Source: Balamuthia mandrillaris (lineage: Eukaryota). From it: 61,118 nt of DNA. Location: assembly GCA_031835245.2 (NCBI GenBank), contig JAVKOQ020000052.1, forward strand, positions 186,001 through 247,118, in the 5' to 3' direction. The notes beneath the pieces are model-generated. The model had not been told where the DNA came from. It ran no database searches and worked only from the letters and a program-made list of their open reading frames with translations. Below are positions 13,537 through 25,902 of the stretch, in pieces (within the stretch, counting starts at the first letter, position 1; each line of letters begins with the position of its first letter). Both the position numbers and the translations under genes were made by a program.

Positions 13537-14203
13537 ATGGAGCTCAGGTTTTTGTTGATCATCATTATGGCTGTGGCTGGCGGCGTTTCGGCGGCCATCC
13601 ACACCGCCTATTTTCTCTACAAGATGATCAACAGCGGCCGGACCAAAAACTATTACGCCCTCTCCCAAGCGGAAGCCCAACAAAAGGGCTACGATGACTC
13701 GTGCTGCGGCGGAGTTATAGAACTGAACCCAAGTACGCTTCCTCCTTTTTTTTTCTTCTTGTTTTTCTTCTTCTTGTTCTTCTTCTACTCGTTCTTGTTC
13801 TTGTTCTTGTTCTTGTTCTTCTGCTTCTTCTTGTTCTTGTTCTTGTTCTTGTTCTTGTTCTTGTTCTTGTTCTTGTTCTTCTTCTTGTTCTTGTTCTTGT
13901 TCTTGTTCTTCTTCTTGTTCTTCTTGTTCTTCTTCTTCTTCTCCTTCAAGTCTTGTGCTTCTTCTTCATGTTCTTCTTAGTGTCCTTCCTCTATCTCCCA
14001 CTGTCACTGACTCCCCAAAAACAAACTAAGCCGAGGTGAGCTTATGCATGGGATACCTGTGGAATACTTGCACAGACCATGGAGCCATGAAGAAAACAAC
14101 CTTCATCTTCTGGTACTTCTTCGTCCTGTTTTTCGACTGTGCCCTCACTGTCGGCGTTTGTCTATTCGTCAACTGGAGATGTCCTTCTGATGTTTACGTT
14201 TAA
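13537..14203 (+). CDS. Small two-transmembrane protein, unknown function (2 exons)
   Basis: Exon 13537-13732 joins 14031-14203 in frame (..ELNP/TEVSLCMGYLW..FIFWYFFVLFFDCALTVGVCLFVNW..*); two hydrophobic segments. Confidence 0.7.
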
Positions 14204-14615
14204 AGCCGAACTTTTTATTTATCTTTTGTATGGTCTTTTGTGGGGTTCGAAGGAGAAGAAAAGAGAAGAGAACATCGCAAACACGTGTTTTGTTATTGTT
14301 GTTTAGTTCCTCCGCTTTATCGCTGCTCCACTCGACCCAATCAGCTGGCCGATAGCGCCCAATCCCCCTGTAGGTTGTCTTGGGTAACGCGTAGGGTTAT
14401 CCACGAAGGCTACAGTCTAACCTACGGTCGCAGCTTTCTTGTTGCTGCTCCAGTGGCCTCATCAACTCAGAAGAACGCATGAAGCCCAAAACCAAAAATC
14501 CTCACCGACTGAACGTGATAGAGAAGTAACAAAACGATACTCTCACGGGTCCGTTCTAAAATGAATAACAATCCTTTCACTTCTTCTGTACATCAGTCTC
14601 GTCTCCAACATGAAT

Positions 14616-15582
14616 CTACTCTGACAGCAACTTTATCTTGGCTTGAAGTCGGCTCAACTTTCGCTCCGTCTTCTGCATTTCGTTCTGTCTCTCTCTTTCA
14701 TCTTTCATCCTTTTGGCTGCTAGTATCGCCACCTTGGTCATCTCTGCCGAGAAAGAAAACATCGGTGACAGCGAATCCAGAACCTCAGGAAACGTTTCAA
14801 AGAGCTTCCAGTAGTAGCTTTGAAGCTGGGTTGCTCTCTGGTTGAAGTTTTTTGGCTTCTTCATGTCTTTTAGCTGTTGCTTCCCCGGAAAGCTTGGCAG
14901 TTGCTCTTGTTCGCGAATGAACTGTTCCTTCAGCTGATACAAAGAAAGACAAGGTTAGGAAAGAATAGAAATGGAAAAAAAAAAAAGGAATGGAGTATTA
15001 CTTGTTTGTGGTAACGGCGCAGCTCTCCATACTTTCCACCAAAGGATTCTGTGCAGTGTTCCTCTTCCACCTGTATGGTCATTTCAAACGCGTATTCCTT
15101 CATCACTCCAGTTAGGGAAAAAGAGAAGAAAGCGAAGAAGAACGAAGAAGAAGAAGAACAAGAAGAAGAACAAGAACAAGAAGAAGAAGAAGAAGAAGAA
15201 CAAGAAAAACAAGAAGAACAAGAAGAAGAACAAGAACAAGAACAAGCCAAGAAGTACAAGACCAAGAACAAGAACAAGGAAAAGAAGAATAAGCGAGGAG
15301 AACACATACCACCCAAGGTTTCTTCGCTCCAGACGTAGTCCAAACCTTTTCATCCACAAGGGCGGCCCCTATCCACCGAACAACAACCTTAGGAGGTGGC
15401 CGCGCCAGCTCTCTCAACGCGCTCAGGGTTAGTTGCAAATGTTGTGCTTTTGCTGCACGTTTGCTTCTGGAATCCTGAGCCACCGGATGATGGTCGGATT
15501 TCGGTTCGTCACCTTCTTTTCCTTCTGGTCGTCCTTTTGCTTCTTCTCCTTGTTCTTTGCTGCAGTGTTTCTTTGCTTCCAT
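14616..15582 (-). CDS. PX (Phox homology)-like domain protein with C-terminal coiled coil (3 exons)
   Basis: Spliced KKPWV/EYAFEMTI..GKYGELRRYHKQ/LKEQF..LPSFPGK..NQRATQLQSYYWKL matches PX layout. Confidence 0.65.
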
Positions 15583-15733
15583 CTTCGTTTTCTGTTCTCT
15601 TTAACTGTGCTCTGGGGATGCCTATATTGTTTTAATTTCCCTTTCACGTTTTTTTTGCTGAACAGCTCAAAGAGAATGCAGATGTGTGCACACAGGGAGG
15701 GATAAAAAGAACAAGAAGAACAATATTTTTGTT

Positions 15734-17267
15734 TTATTTGGATGGTTCTGGGCAGCCATTTGCACGAGCCCACTCCAAGACGTCGGTTGCATGCCGTCTT
15801 TCAGCCAAGATGCAGGTGTTTTCATCCCAAGGACACCCATTCTCTCTGGCCACCTCAAGACTTCCAGCTGCCCACCCCATGCCGCAAGGCTGCAAGTCCC
15901 CTCGTCCCAAGGACACCCGTTCTCTCTCGCCCATTTCAGCACCTCCAACTGTCCCTCTAATGCTGCTAGAGCGCAGGTATGCTCATCCCTTGGACATCCA
16001 TGCTCTCTGGCCCAAACAAGCATTTCCAACTGTCCATTGTTTGCCGCTGCACTGCATGCTCGTTCATCCCAAGGACACCCATTCTCACGAGCATACTTCA
16101 GCACTGGTAAGGCACCAACCTCCATCGCGAGTAGACAAAGTCGTTCGTCCCAAGGACACCCATGCTCATGCAGCCATTTGACGACATCCAACCGTTCATT
16201 ATATACAGCTCCATTGTATGTGGTTTCATCCCATGGACAGCCGTTTTCTCTTGCGCATTCCACAATCTCCATTTGTCCATTCTTTGCTGCAGCCATGCAG
16301 GTGCTCTGGTCCCAAGGACATCCGTTTTCTCTGGCCCACTTCAGGACCTCTAAATGCCCCCAGTAGGCAGCTTCAGTGCAAACTTGTGCTGACCAAGGGC
16401 ACCCTTCCATTTTCGCCCACTTCAGCATTTCCAAATCACCCCTCCGTACGACCTCTCTGCAAACATCATCTGCACTCCAGTTACATCCGTTCGCTTTGGC
16501 CCACTTCAGCACCTCAAAGTGTCCCGCACAGGCTGCCGTGTTGCACGTCTCTTCATCCCACGGGCACCCGTTCTCTCTTGCCCATTGCAACAGCTCCAAA
16601 TGTCCCATGAACGCTGCCGTAGAACAAACCCGTTCGTTCCAGGGACATCCATTGGCGTGAAGCCAATGCAACACCTCCAGGTGCCCGTTGCTTGCCGCTT
16701 TGATGCATGTTTTCTCGTCCAACCGGCAGGCGTTTTCTTCCCTCAACAATTTCAAGATCTCCAAGTGTCCGTTCTCTGCTGCAATGTCGCAAAGCGCCTC
16801 CGCCAAAACAGCCCACTGCCTGCCTTCGATAGTTTTGCCCAAAGCACAGCTTCTCTCTAAAACCCATTGCAAGACACGTAGATGCCCGTTTTCAGCTCCT
16901 TGATAGCATGTTGTGTTGATGTCTCAAGAGCATCCATTTTCCACTGCCCATTTTAGCACTGCCAAGTGCCCGTTGGCCGCTGCTTGATGACACGTTTTGC
17001 TGTCCCATGGACAGCCTTGCTCCCTCAGCCATTGGGAAGTCTACCCCAACTTAGAAGAGAGAGGGAGGTACATGCTCTCTCCACCGATAGTTTGTATCTC
17101 CATTCGTCGGGACAAGAGGAGAACCACCTGAGGGATGTTATAGCTGCCATAGCGATCACGTCCGCTGGAATCAGCCCTAAAATGCCTCTAAAAATTTCAT
17201 CGGGAAGCTCTTCCAAGCCACAAGGAGCAGCGGAAGGAACATTCGTTTGTAGGCGGCTCGCCTTCAT
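15734..17267 (-). pseudogene. Intronless F-box plus ankyrin-like (WARENGCPWD) repeat pseudogene
   Basis: F-box LEELPDEIFRGIL; many GHLEVLKWARENGCPWD repeats; frameshift ~17035, in-frame TGA at a conserved Trp position (16924-16926), second frameshift ~15850. Confidence 0.8.
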
Positions 17268-17646
17268 TACTTTGTGTTTGTTCTGTAGTCTCTTCTTTGT
17301 TCCGTGCTTTTTTCTTTGGTTTAGTTCTTATTCATTAAGTTAAATGATAAACTCCGAGATACTCGTCTCCGTTGAAACGTTTGGACTTTTCTGCTCTTCT
17401 TCGCTGTTCTATTCATCCAACCAAGGTTTTGTTCTTACTCCTCCATTCGGCCGGATGAACAGAACCGCCAAGAAGAGCATAACAGTCCATTCGTGTCCAC
17501 AAACACTTGGGGAACTTGTTTTTTGTTATCGTATGGCTGAAGCAGGATTTTTTTAATTTAAAATTTTTCTTAGAATTTTTTCAATACAAAAGGAGCAGCA
17601 TTACTGCAGTTTTTGTGCAGCAATCACTACAGCAAAACCAAAAAAG

Positions 17647-18110
17647 ATGAACGTCGAAGAGAAGAGCAACAACAACGACACGTTCGGCAAGGCCAACGGC
17701 GAAGAGATCAGCAACAAGGCGACGGTGCTCGCTGAGTTGGACAAGCTGTTGAACCCCGAGGGCAAACCTCCCGCTCTGGAGCTCATCTTTGCCGAGCCTT
17801 ATGCCGTGTGTAATCATCCTTTTTTTTTTTTTTCATGCTTCGTCAAATTCGTCGTTTAACTGATTGGTTTTTTTTAAAATTGTTGATTCCTTTTAGGCCA
17901 TGAACTTGGGTTTTGGTTTTTCAACCGTACTGTTTTTGTTCTTGTTCTTGTTGTTGTTCTTGTTGTTGTTCTTGTTCTTCTTCTTGTTCTTGTTCTTGTT
18001 CTTCTTGTTCTTCTTCTTCTTCTTCTTCTTGTTCTTCTTCTTGTTCTTCTTCTTCTTCTTCTTCTTCTTCTTCTTCTTCTTCTTCTTGTTCTTGTTCTTG
18101 TTCTTGTTCT

Positions 18111-18152
<42 letters not shown>

Positions 18153-18486
18153 AATTTATTTTTTGGTCCATTATACAGAACCCTTATGGGCACTTGGCTG
18201 TTCGATACACCATTCCGAAAACGGGTGAGAGCGTGGTACGTTTCTTCTTCTTCTTCTCTTCTCTCTTTCGTTCTCTCTTTCGTTCTTTCTTCAGCCTCAT
18301 TTGTAAAACAAAAAAAAAAGGTGATGAACGTTCGCGGTTTTGGTGGTGGCGAAATGGTCAACTTTGTCAAACCAGAGGACTACTTCTTTGGCACGAACGA
18401 CTGGGATGGCGGTAACGAGCAAGGCGCCATCTATAACCGGTATTATTTCTCCTCCTCTTGTTCTGTCCTCTCTGCTTCTCTGCTTC

Positions 18487-18528
<42 letters not shown>

Positions 18529-18554
18529 CTCTTTCTCCCCTATCATCTTGTCTC

Positions 18555-18600
<46 letters not shown>

Positions 18601-19087
18601 GAAGAAGCTGACAACACCTGTAAAACAAAAACAAAGCGCATTTGTGTCGGCGAGAGTGGAAAGATTGTCGGATGGCGCTTTAGAGAAGTTGCACACGTTC
18701 TTCTCGGGTCTCGCTGAGCAATGGAAAAGCAAAAACGTGTCCTACTCCATGCTCGGTGGGTTAGTGATTCTTTCTTTGTTATCTTCTTTTGCTTCTTTCT
18801 TCCTGTTCGACTTCATCTTAACCTCTCATAATAGTGCAATCAAGAATTGGTATCGCGGAGAAAAGAAACATGGCAACTGTGCTTACTGGGTGGCTATGGG
18901 CCTGAAGGAAGCTGACATTCTTCCACATCGCTCCATGTGGCCTGTGCGTCCATTTCTTCTGTCTCTGTCTCTCTGTCTCTGTCTCTGTCTCTGTCTCTGT
19001 CTCTGTCTCTGTCTCTGTCTCTGTCTCTGTCTCTGTCTCTGTCTCTCTGTCTCTGTCTCTGTCTCTCTGTCTCTCTGTCTCTCTTTT

Positions 19088-19120
<33 letters not shown>

Positions 19121-22100
19121 GTCTCTGTCTCTCTCTCTCTCTCTGTCTCTGTCTCTCTCTCTCTCTCTCTCTCACACCCTCTTGCATTAATTGTACGTAT
19201 CTCCCAGAAAGAGGTTTGGCTTCGTCTTTATAGACGATTTGAGCGCGCAGAAAAGATGGCCTTAGCGGGGTACTTACCTCTTCTTCTTGTTCTCCTTCTC
19301 CTTCTCCTTCTCCTTCTCCTTCTCCTTCTCCTTCTCCTTCTCCTTTGTTTTGTTTCTATAACCTCTCAGAAGTTAGCTAACAAGATTATCACAGCAATTT
19401 GAACGTCGTAAGTTATAGACGCATTCCAGGAATCAATTCTTACGGAGCGGATATCAACACGTCCAGTTGGGTTAAACCTGGACAATGGAGAACCTCATAT
19501 CGGTACTCCAACTTGGACAAGCTTGCGGACTAGTATGTCTCTACTTCTCATGCTTGCTTCTACTTCTCCTTCTTCTTTTGCTTCTTGTCTTATTTGAAGC
19601 CTAAATGCTGGTTTTTATGAAAAGCATTATCGAAGTGCCAGTTGGCACGAAAACAGCTCAGATTGTTCGCAATCCTAATCCTCGAAACACCCGTCTTAAA
19701 GCCCGTACGATGTCCTCTGCTTGCATTCTTTCTTTCTTCGTTACTTTCCGTTTCGTTCTTTCTTTGTTGTAAATGCCAACAAATATTTCATTTGAATTTT
19801 AAATGCAAACAGTGAATATCTACAACAAACTCGACACGGGCAAGAAAACGCTCTTCTGCTCCAAGTTTTGGACGAAACTTTTGCCTCTGAACCAAAAAGG
19901 AGACCTCATCATCCGTTCCATCGCTCTCGGCTCCAAACTCGATCCAATATCTCCCGAACTAATGCTTTGCATTGATGCAATGAACAACGTGCATCGATGG
20001 AACGGCTCGGAGTTGGACTGTGTGTACTCTTATCAAGGTTCGGAGGAGGTCACATCTTTTAGCAATGAAGATGACAAACAACCCAACATCAACAAAACAA
20101 AAGAAGAAGAACAGGAAACGAACCACCTTTTACAATCGGTGGATGAAGATGTGACTGAAGAGGAATTGGAGAAAGAATTGAAGAAAGAGGAAGAGAGAGA
20201 AACGCACGAAATTGAGAGAGAACGACAAAGAGCAGAACAAGCAACTGCCTTAGTAGCAAAACTCTCTTCTTCAGCTTCCAACTCTTTTCCAACGATTCAT
20301 CTTCCTTGCAACGATGGTAGCTTGTGCTTCCGCATGATTACCATCTCGAAAGACAAACAAAACATTTGTTTTGGACTTACTACATCCGGTAGAGTTTATA
20401 GATTACAGTTCACAAATGACTGCAAGAATGAAGAAGTCAAGGAGGAGGATGTGGTTGAAGTGAACGGAACGAGAATAGTTCAAATTGGATGCGCCGACGA
20501 GAATAACTTGTGGGCTCTTACGAATAACGTACGACTTTTATTCACTGTTTCTTTCTTTTGCCTTCTCGTTATTTTGTTTTTCCTCCGTTGTATTCTTTTG
20601 TTCTCATGTTGTTGTTTGCGATCTTATAGGGTTTAGTCTTTCATTATACCAACACTGATGGATGGACTTATGAGCCTCATATCGACCTGCGTTGCATAGC
20701 CGTTGGAGGAGACGGATCCGTGTGGGGCATAGGTCAACGTGGTCAAGTCTACAGGAGAAAGCAACAACAGTATGGGTTTCTTCTTCTCTTTTTTTTGTAT
20801 CAATAGTTTGCTTCTCCATTCTTATTCTTTAATTTGTTACATTTTCAGAACAACAGAACAAAGAGTGGCTGAAGAAAAAGAGAAAGAACAGACAGGAGAA
20901 GGAGAAGATTCAAACAATAACAATAACCCAGCCCAAAAAAATGGAGGAGGAGACGCCATTTGGGAAGTGGTTGACTGCTTCACCACTAACGACCCCTTAC
21001 ATATCGAAGCCAGCTCTTCTCTCGACGCATGGATTGTCGACAGAGAAGGAGCAGTATACGTTTGGAATGAAGAAGAGCAAAGTCGTTCCTTTGAATGGTT
21101 GGGCAATCACAGCATTCGCATCGCCACCAAGAACGGTATTGTTGGATTCATCAGCGTCAATGCTTTGGGAGACTGTTGGGCTTTGGCCGAGGATAACAGC
21201 GAGGAGGCCATGTTTACAAGAACAGGAGGCCTCCATTTGTTCGCGCTGTCAAAGCATCGTTTGCAGCTTGTGCACGCAACTCAGTTCACAAAGGTATATC
21301 TCTGTGCTTTCTGTAATTCTCTGTTCTTGTTTCTCTCATCCCCTTTCCCCTTCTTCTTTCGTTCTGTGAGTAACTCTTTCTTGAACAAAACAAAAGGTAT
21401 GGGATGATCACGGAACGGGGTCAAAACCTTACGATGTAACCTTCTTCAAAGCGAATGCCGAAGAACCTGGCTTCGTTTCTTTGGGCGATCTCGCGGAGCG
21501 TTCTCATCTCCCGGAAGCGGTGGGCACCTCCATTATGGTTCGAGAGCTGGACTATGATCCCTCGAGACATCCTGTTCAGTTCCTTCGTTCCCCGGTTGAC
21601 TTTGATGAGATTTGGAGAGACAGAGGAACTGGTATGTTCACATTCTTGTGTGTTCTTCTTTTTTTAAACCTTCTTATCGATACTCTTTACAAAACAAAAA
21701 CAAAAAGGTGCAAAAGGACGTTGCACGATCTATCGTCCCATTCCACCTGAGGACTACGCCGCCTTGGGCTTCATCACGTTCAGAGGCTATGACACCAAGC
21801 CGCAGCACTCGGACATGGCTTGCGTGCACAAAACATTGTTGAGGCCAGCAAAACTCTTCAAGAATGATTGCCTGTGGTCTTCGCGAAAGTCCGGTGCAAA
21901 ATATGGTTCGCTTCCTTGTTTCTTTTTGTTTTTCGTGGAAGATGTGTCTGGTTTCTTTGTTAACGTTTATCATCCTCTGTTTTTTTTAAAGGTCATTGTT
22001 CATTGTGGTTCGTTTGCGAACAAGATGCGGAAGAAGAAGGAGAGAATGAAGTGGAAAAGGAAGAGCACAAAAAGAAGAAGAAGCAGAAGGACAAGGAAGA

Positions 22101-22200
22101 GCGTCCTCGTCAGATAACCCCCTTCTTTGTGGGCTGCAAGGGCTTCAAGCCAGAGTTTGGCCCGGACTTTAAGGTTTGGACTTTGGACCAACAAGAATAA
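17647..22200 (+). CDS. Multidomain protein: permuted papain-like (His..Cys) domain, tectonin-like beta-propeller repeats and Vps62/DUF946-like domain (many exons)
   Basis: NPYGHLAVRY (His 18191), GNCAYWV (Cys 18878); IVQIGCADENNLWALT and ISVNALGDCWAL; EIWRDRGTG..IYRPIPPEDYAALG..ACVH; intron 19705-19812 links the halves in frame. Confidence 0.6.
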
Positions 22201-22298
22201 AGTTTCGTGTCGTCATGGATAATTATCGTGTCGTCATGGTGTTTAGCCATGTCGTCACGAAAGAATCACAAGAAGAAAGATTGACAAGAAAGAAAACG

Positions 22299-23029
22299 AT
22301 GGAAGAGAATTGCATTTTTTGTAAGATAGTGAAAGGCGTTGCTCCTTGCTACAAAGGTCTCACAGTACCTCTTCTTGTTTTTCTTCTGCTTCTTCTTTGT
22401 CGTATGTTGATCTAGCTAAACAAAACTTTGGAAATAAAAAACAAAAACTAGTCTATGAGGATGAACACGTTTTGGCGTTCTTGGACATAAACCCTCTTAT
22501 GGAGGGACACACGCTTGTCATACCCAAGGAGCACTACGTCACGCTGGACCAAGTGCCCGGCGAGCTTGCGGGGGCGTGTATGGCTGTTGTACCAAAACTG
22601 GCTCGTGCTCTGATGGAAGCTACTGGAACTTGTGGTATTCTTTTTCTTTTCTCTTTTCTGTTTTTTTTTTGGCCGTTTTTTTCTTTTCTCTTTTCTTTTT
22701 TTCTATTTTTTTTCTATAAAGGTCTATTATTTCTTATGCTATTGAGCGTTTTCAACAAGAACAAATAATGAACTAACCACAACAACCAAAACAAAGGATG
22801 GAACATACTTCAGAATAACGGTAGAGTGGCGGGGCAAGAGGTCTTCCACGTTCACTTTCACGTGGTGCCGAGGAAGAGAGGAGACTCCCTCAGCTCCACA
22901 TGGTGTGGGTGGCGCGTGGACGCCTTGAAGAAAACGGAAGGGGAGAGGCTGTCTTTGGCCGTTCAGCAAGCGTTGTTGGATAGGAGCGAGAAAAACGAAG
23001 CGGAAGGAAAGACTGAAACAAAAAAATAA
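22299..23029 (+). CDS. HIT family nucleotide hydrolase (HINT-like), 3 exons
   Basis: [42 protein letters not shown] (histidine triad). Confidence 0.93.
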
Positions 23030-23539
23030 GCATGTGACTCTCAAGCCGATAGCCTGCAGGCTGTCAGAGAGGAGCAGACCGGTGTCCTTTTTTGTAAAAA
23101 TGTAACATTGGAATTCCTAACTCCAATCTTATAGGGTGGGAAGATGAGAATGAGAATGTTCGCTTGGAGATTGAGAAGGTAACGAGAAGCTTGCAACAAC
23201 AGGGACATACATAGGGCCATGGCCGCCCGCATAAAAGATGGCTTGAACCTTGCTGGGGTCTATCTAAGAGAGGCTTTTAGTGGTTTGCAGCTGGAAGGTC
23301 TCCAGAGAAAGAAATTGTACCACCGTCCAAAAAGGAAAAATACATGATGATCTGTGATGAAAAATTTCCAAAAAAGTCCGTTTTTACACCAATCATAAAT
23401 CAAAGCATTTGAATTTATGTCCTATAAAGGTACCAATCGATCTTGCCTGCGTTTCCTTGTATTTCGTTTACCCGTTATTTTTATTATTTTGGGTTGGTTT
23501 TCGTTTGTTTGAAAAAACAAAGAGAAAAACAAAATAAAC

Positions 23540-24611
23540 ATGGAGGTACATACACGCGGTCTTTTCTTTTTTAATGTGACTTTACGCCGACCCGTTGCTA
23601 ACGCGCTCTTACCGCGAGCAGCCCGCCCAGGCGCAATGGCCGGAGGACGTGCTGAGCAAGACGTGGGAGATCGCGACGCTGGCAAAGCAGCTGGCGGACT
23701 TGTCGAAATTTTTCTGCTCGCTCCCGCGCAGCACTCTGGCGCAACTCAAGGGCACGTACGGGGAAGAATGGAAGAAGAGGTTTCCTAGCTTCAGGATCGG
23801 CTCCACCAAAGCAGAACTTGTAACGTTGTTTCCTGCTTTTTATTTTCCTCCTTCTCTTCTCTTTTGTTTTTTTTTAAAACGTTAACGGCTTACCATTCCT
23901 TCTTTTTCACGTTTTCAAAAGATAGAGAACGTGAAAAAGTGTTACCAGACGCATATGACCACCGTTCTTTCCGGCCTCAAACCAAAGCAAAAGCTCTTTG
24001 ATTTGTTCGAGTTCGTTTTTTCGCTTTCGTTTTATTGCCGTTGTGTTTCTTTTGAGTGAGCTGCTTACTGGCTACCAATAACCTTCAGAGCCCTGAAAGC
24101 AAACCCAGAAACGAGCGGGAAAGCAGCTTCTGTGATGCTTAAAAAAGTGGACACCACCAACACTATAGTGGACAAACTCGTAACGATGATAATGGCGCCT
24201 GAAACATCTGTTCTTTCTTCCTCTGCTTCGTCTTCATCCACATCATCTACTTCTACTACTGCTACTTCTTCTATTTCTTCTTCTGCTGCTCCCATTTCTG
24301 CTTCTACTGAAGAGACTGGTTCTGCCAACAACAAAGAACCAAACGGAACTAAACAAACAGGAACAAAGAGGAAGCACGCAGAAGGAAGTGAGGAGAAAGT
24401 AGGCAAGAAGGAAGTAAACAAGAAAGAAAAACCGAAAAAAGAACGCCAGGGCAAAAAGTCAAAGCGGGAAGCCAAGCAGTATGCCGAGGAGCTTAGCACA
24501 TTGGTTCAAACTCTCCAGACGGGCCATTTGGAGCCTTGGAAGAAAGAAGGCACCTCCATTCAACCAGAAAAAGTGAAAGAATTGTTGGAACAGTTCATCG
24601 CCAAGCACTGA
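23540..24611 (+). CDS. Hypothetical protein (4 exons, first coding exon only ATGGAG)
   Basis: In-frame GT-AG splicing through ORFs 23595-23885 and 24132-24611; basic NLS-like KRKH segment. Confidence 0.55.
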
Positions 24612-24748
24612 CTGTTAACAAAGACTACCTCTTCCCTTCTTTACTTTTTGAAGTGAGAGTGAGAGTGAGGAGAGAGCGAAAGAGAGAGAAGAATGTACCT
24701 AGGCAGAGATAAAGGAGAGATGGCGAACAGAAGAGAGCAAATGAGCAT

Positions 24749-24800
<52 letters not shown>

Positions 24801-24899
24801 GACGAAGGAGAGAGAGGCAGGGAGGGTGAAGGCGAAGGGAGAGTGCGATTAAAGAGATAGTCCGCCGTGACGTCGTGAAAATAAGAGAGGAGAAAAGAA

Positions 24900-25630
24900 A
24901 TGCAAGTGCCAAGCAAGGTGTGGCTGGAGAGAGGAGGGTTGGTGCTCAAAACGCCAGAAGCGGAGGACGACGAGGGCATGCGCGTTTTGCTCAGCACGCC
25001 TTCCATAACGCGCTATGTTTCTCACCTCCACAAGCAATGGACGCTCGAGGATGTTGTTGCTCGTCGCGAAAACCAACTGAAAGGTAACCTTGTAATGCTT
25101 TGTCACTACCGCTGTTCCTTCTCGTTGTGTTGTTGTTCTTCTTCCTCCTCTTCGTTCTAACGCTCAACAAAACAGCACAAGAAACTTCTGAGTCGTTTGT
25201 TTTGTACATGCACGTAAAAGAGAAGCCGAAGGATGCAGAACACAGAGAAGATGCAGAAGAAGAAGCAGAAGAAACGTTGCGTCTGATAGGAACAACAGGC
25301 TTTGTGCGAACAGATCCACAGCGGCGGTGGGGCATGTTTGGCATTCTCCTTGACCCCAACTACCACCGCCGAGGCCTCTGCACGTTGGCCCATCTGGTGG
25401 CTCTGGAGTACTCCTTTGAGAGTTTAGGCTTGGAGGAGGCCGAGTTCAACACGTTGGCGGCGAACGAGCCCATGAACGCCTTTTTCAAGAAGAACGGCTT
25501 CACGCTGCGCAGCGTGGGAGGGGACTGGGACCCGACGGCCCAAAACTACTTCGTGACAAAGCGGGAGTGGCCAGAGGTGAAGCAAAACCTGCAGTCACAT
25601 TGGGAGAAGTATGCCAATCCATTGCATTGA
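24900..25630 (+). CDS. GNAT acetyltransferase, RimJ/RimL type (2 exons)
   Basis: LIGTTGF, FGILLDPNYHRRGLCT (motif A), NEPMNAFFKKNGF (motif B). Confidence 0.87.
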
Positions 25631-25829
25631 ACAAAACTCAACCATTGCCCTCTATACCTCCTTTTCTTCATCGAAGCAAGCATCCAAAAAAAAAAAAAAA
25701 ACCATCATCACTACCACCCAAAAACCAAACGAACCACAAGGCCACACAACCCCCCTTCTAGAGTCTCTCTGCCTTCTTCTTCTCCTTTCTTTCTGTAAAA
25801 GTTAAAAAAATAACTTTAAAAAAAGATTA

Positions 25830-25902
25830 TGAGGACGACGTGACTTGAACACGCAGCCTTTCGGTCTGGAGCCGAACGCTCTACCAATTGAGCTACGCCC
25901 CC
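25830..25902 (-). tRNA. trnW: tRNA-Trp(CCA), copy 1
   Basis: 73-nt cloverleaf GGGGGCG..CGTCCTCA; anticodon arm TTCGG-CTCCAGA-CCGAA; T loop TTCAAGT; downstream T-run. Confidence 0.96.

Noticed and set aside
14240..14615. Possible extra exons of the PX gene
   Set aside because: All minus-strand frames contain stops
16924..16926. In-frame TGA at a Trp position, near four tRNA-Trp genes, as UGA recoding
   Set aside because: The same gene has two frameshifts, neighbouring genes use TGA as stop, and the tRNAs have a CCA anticodon with a normal 5-bp stem
23041..23340. Non-repetitive intergenic block with a 63-aa minus-strand ORF
   Set aside because: No motif, splice pattern or repeat structure to support a call
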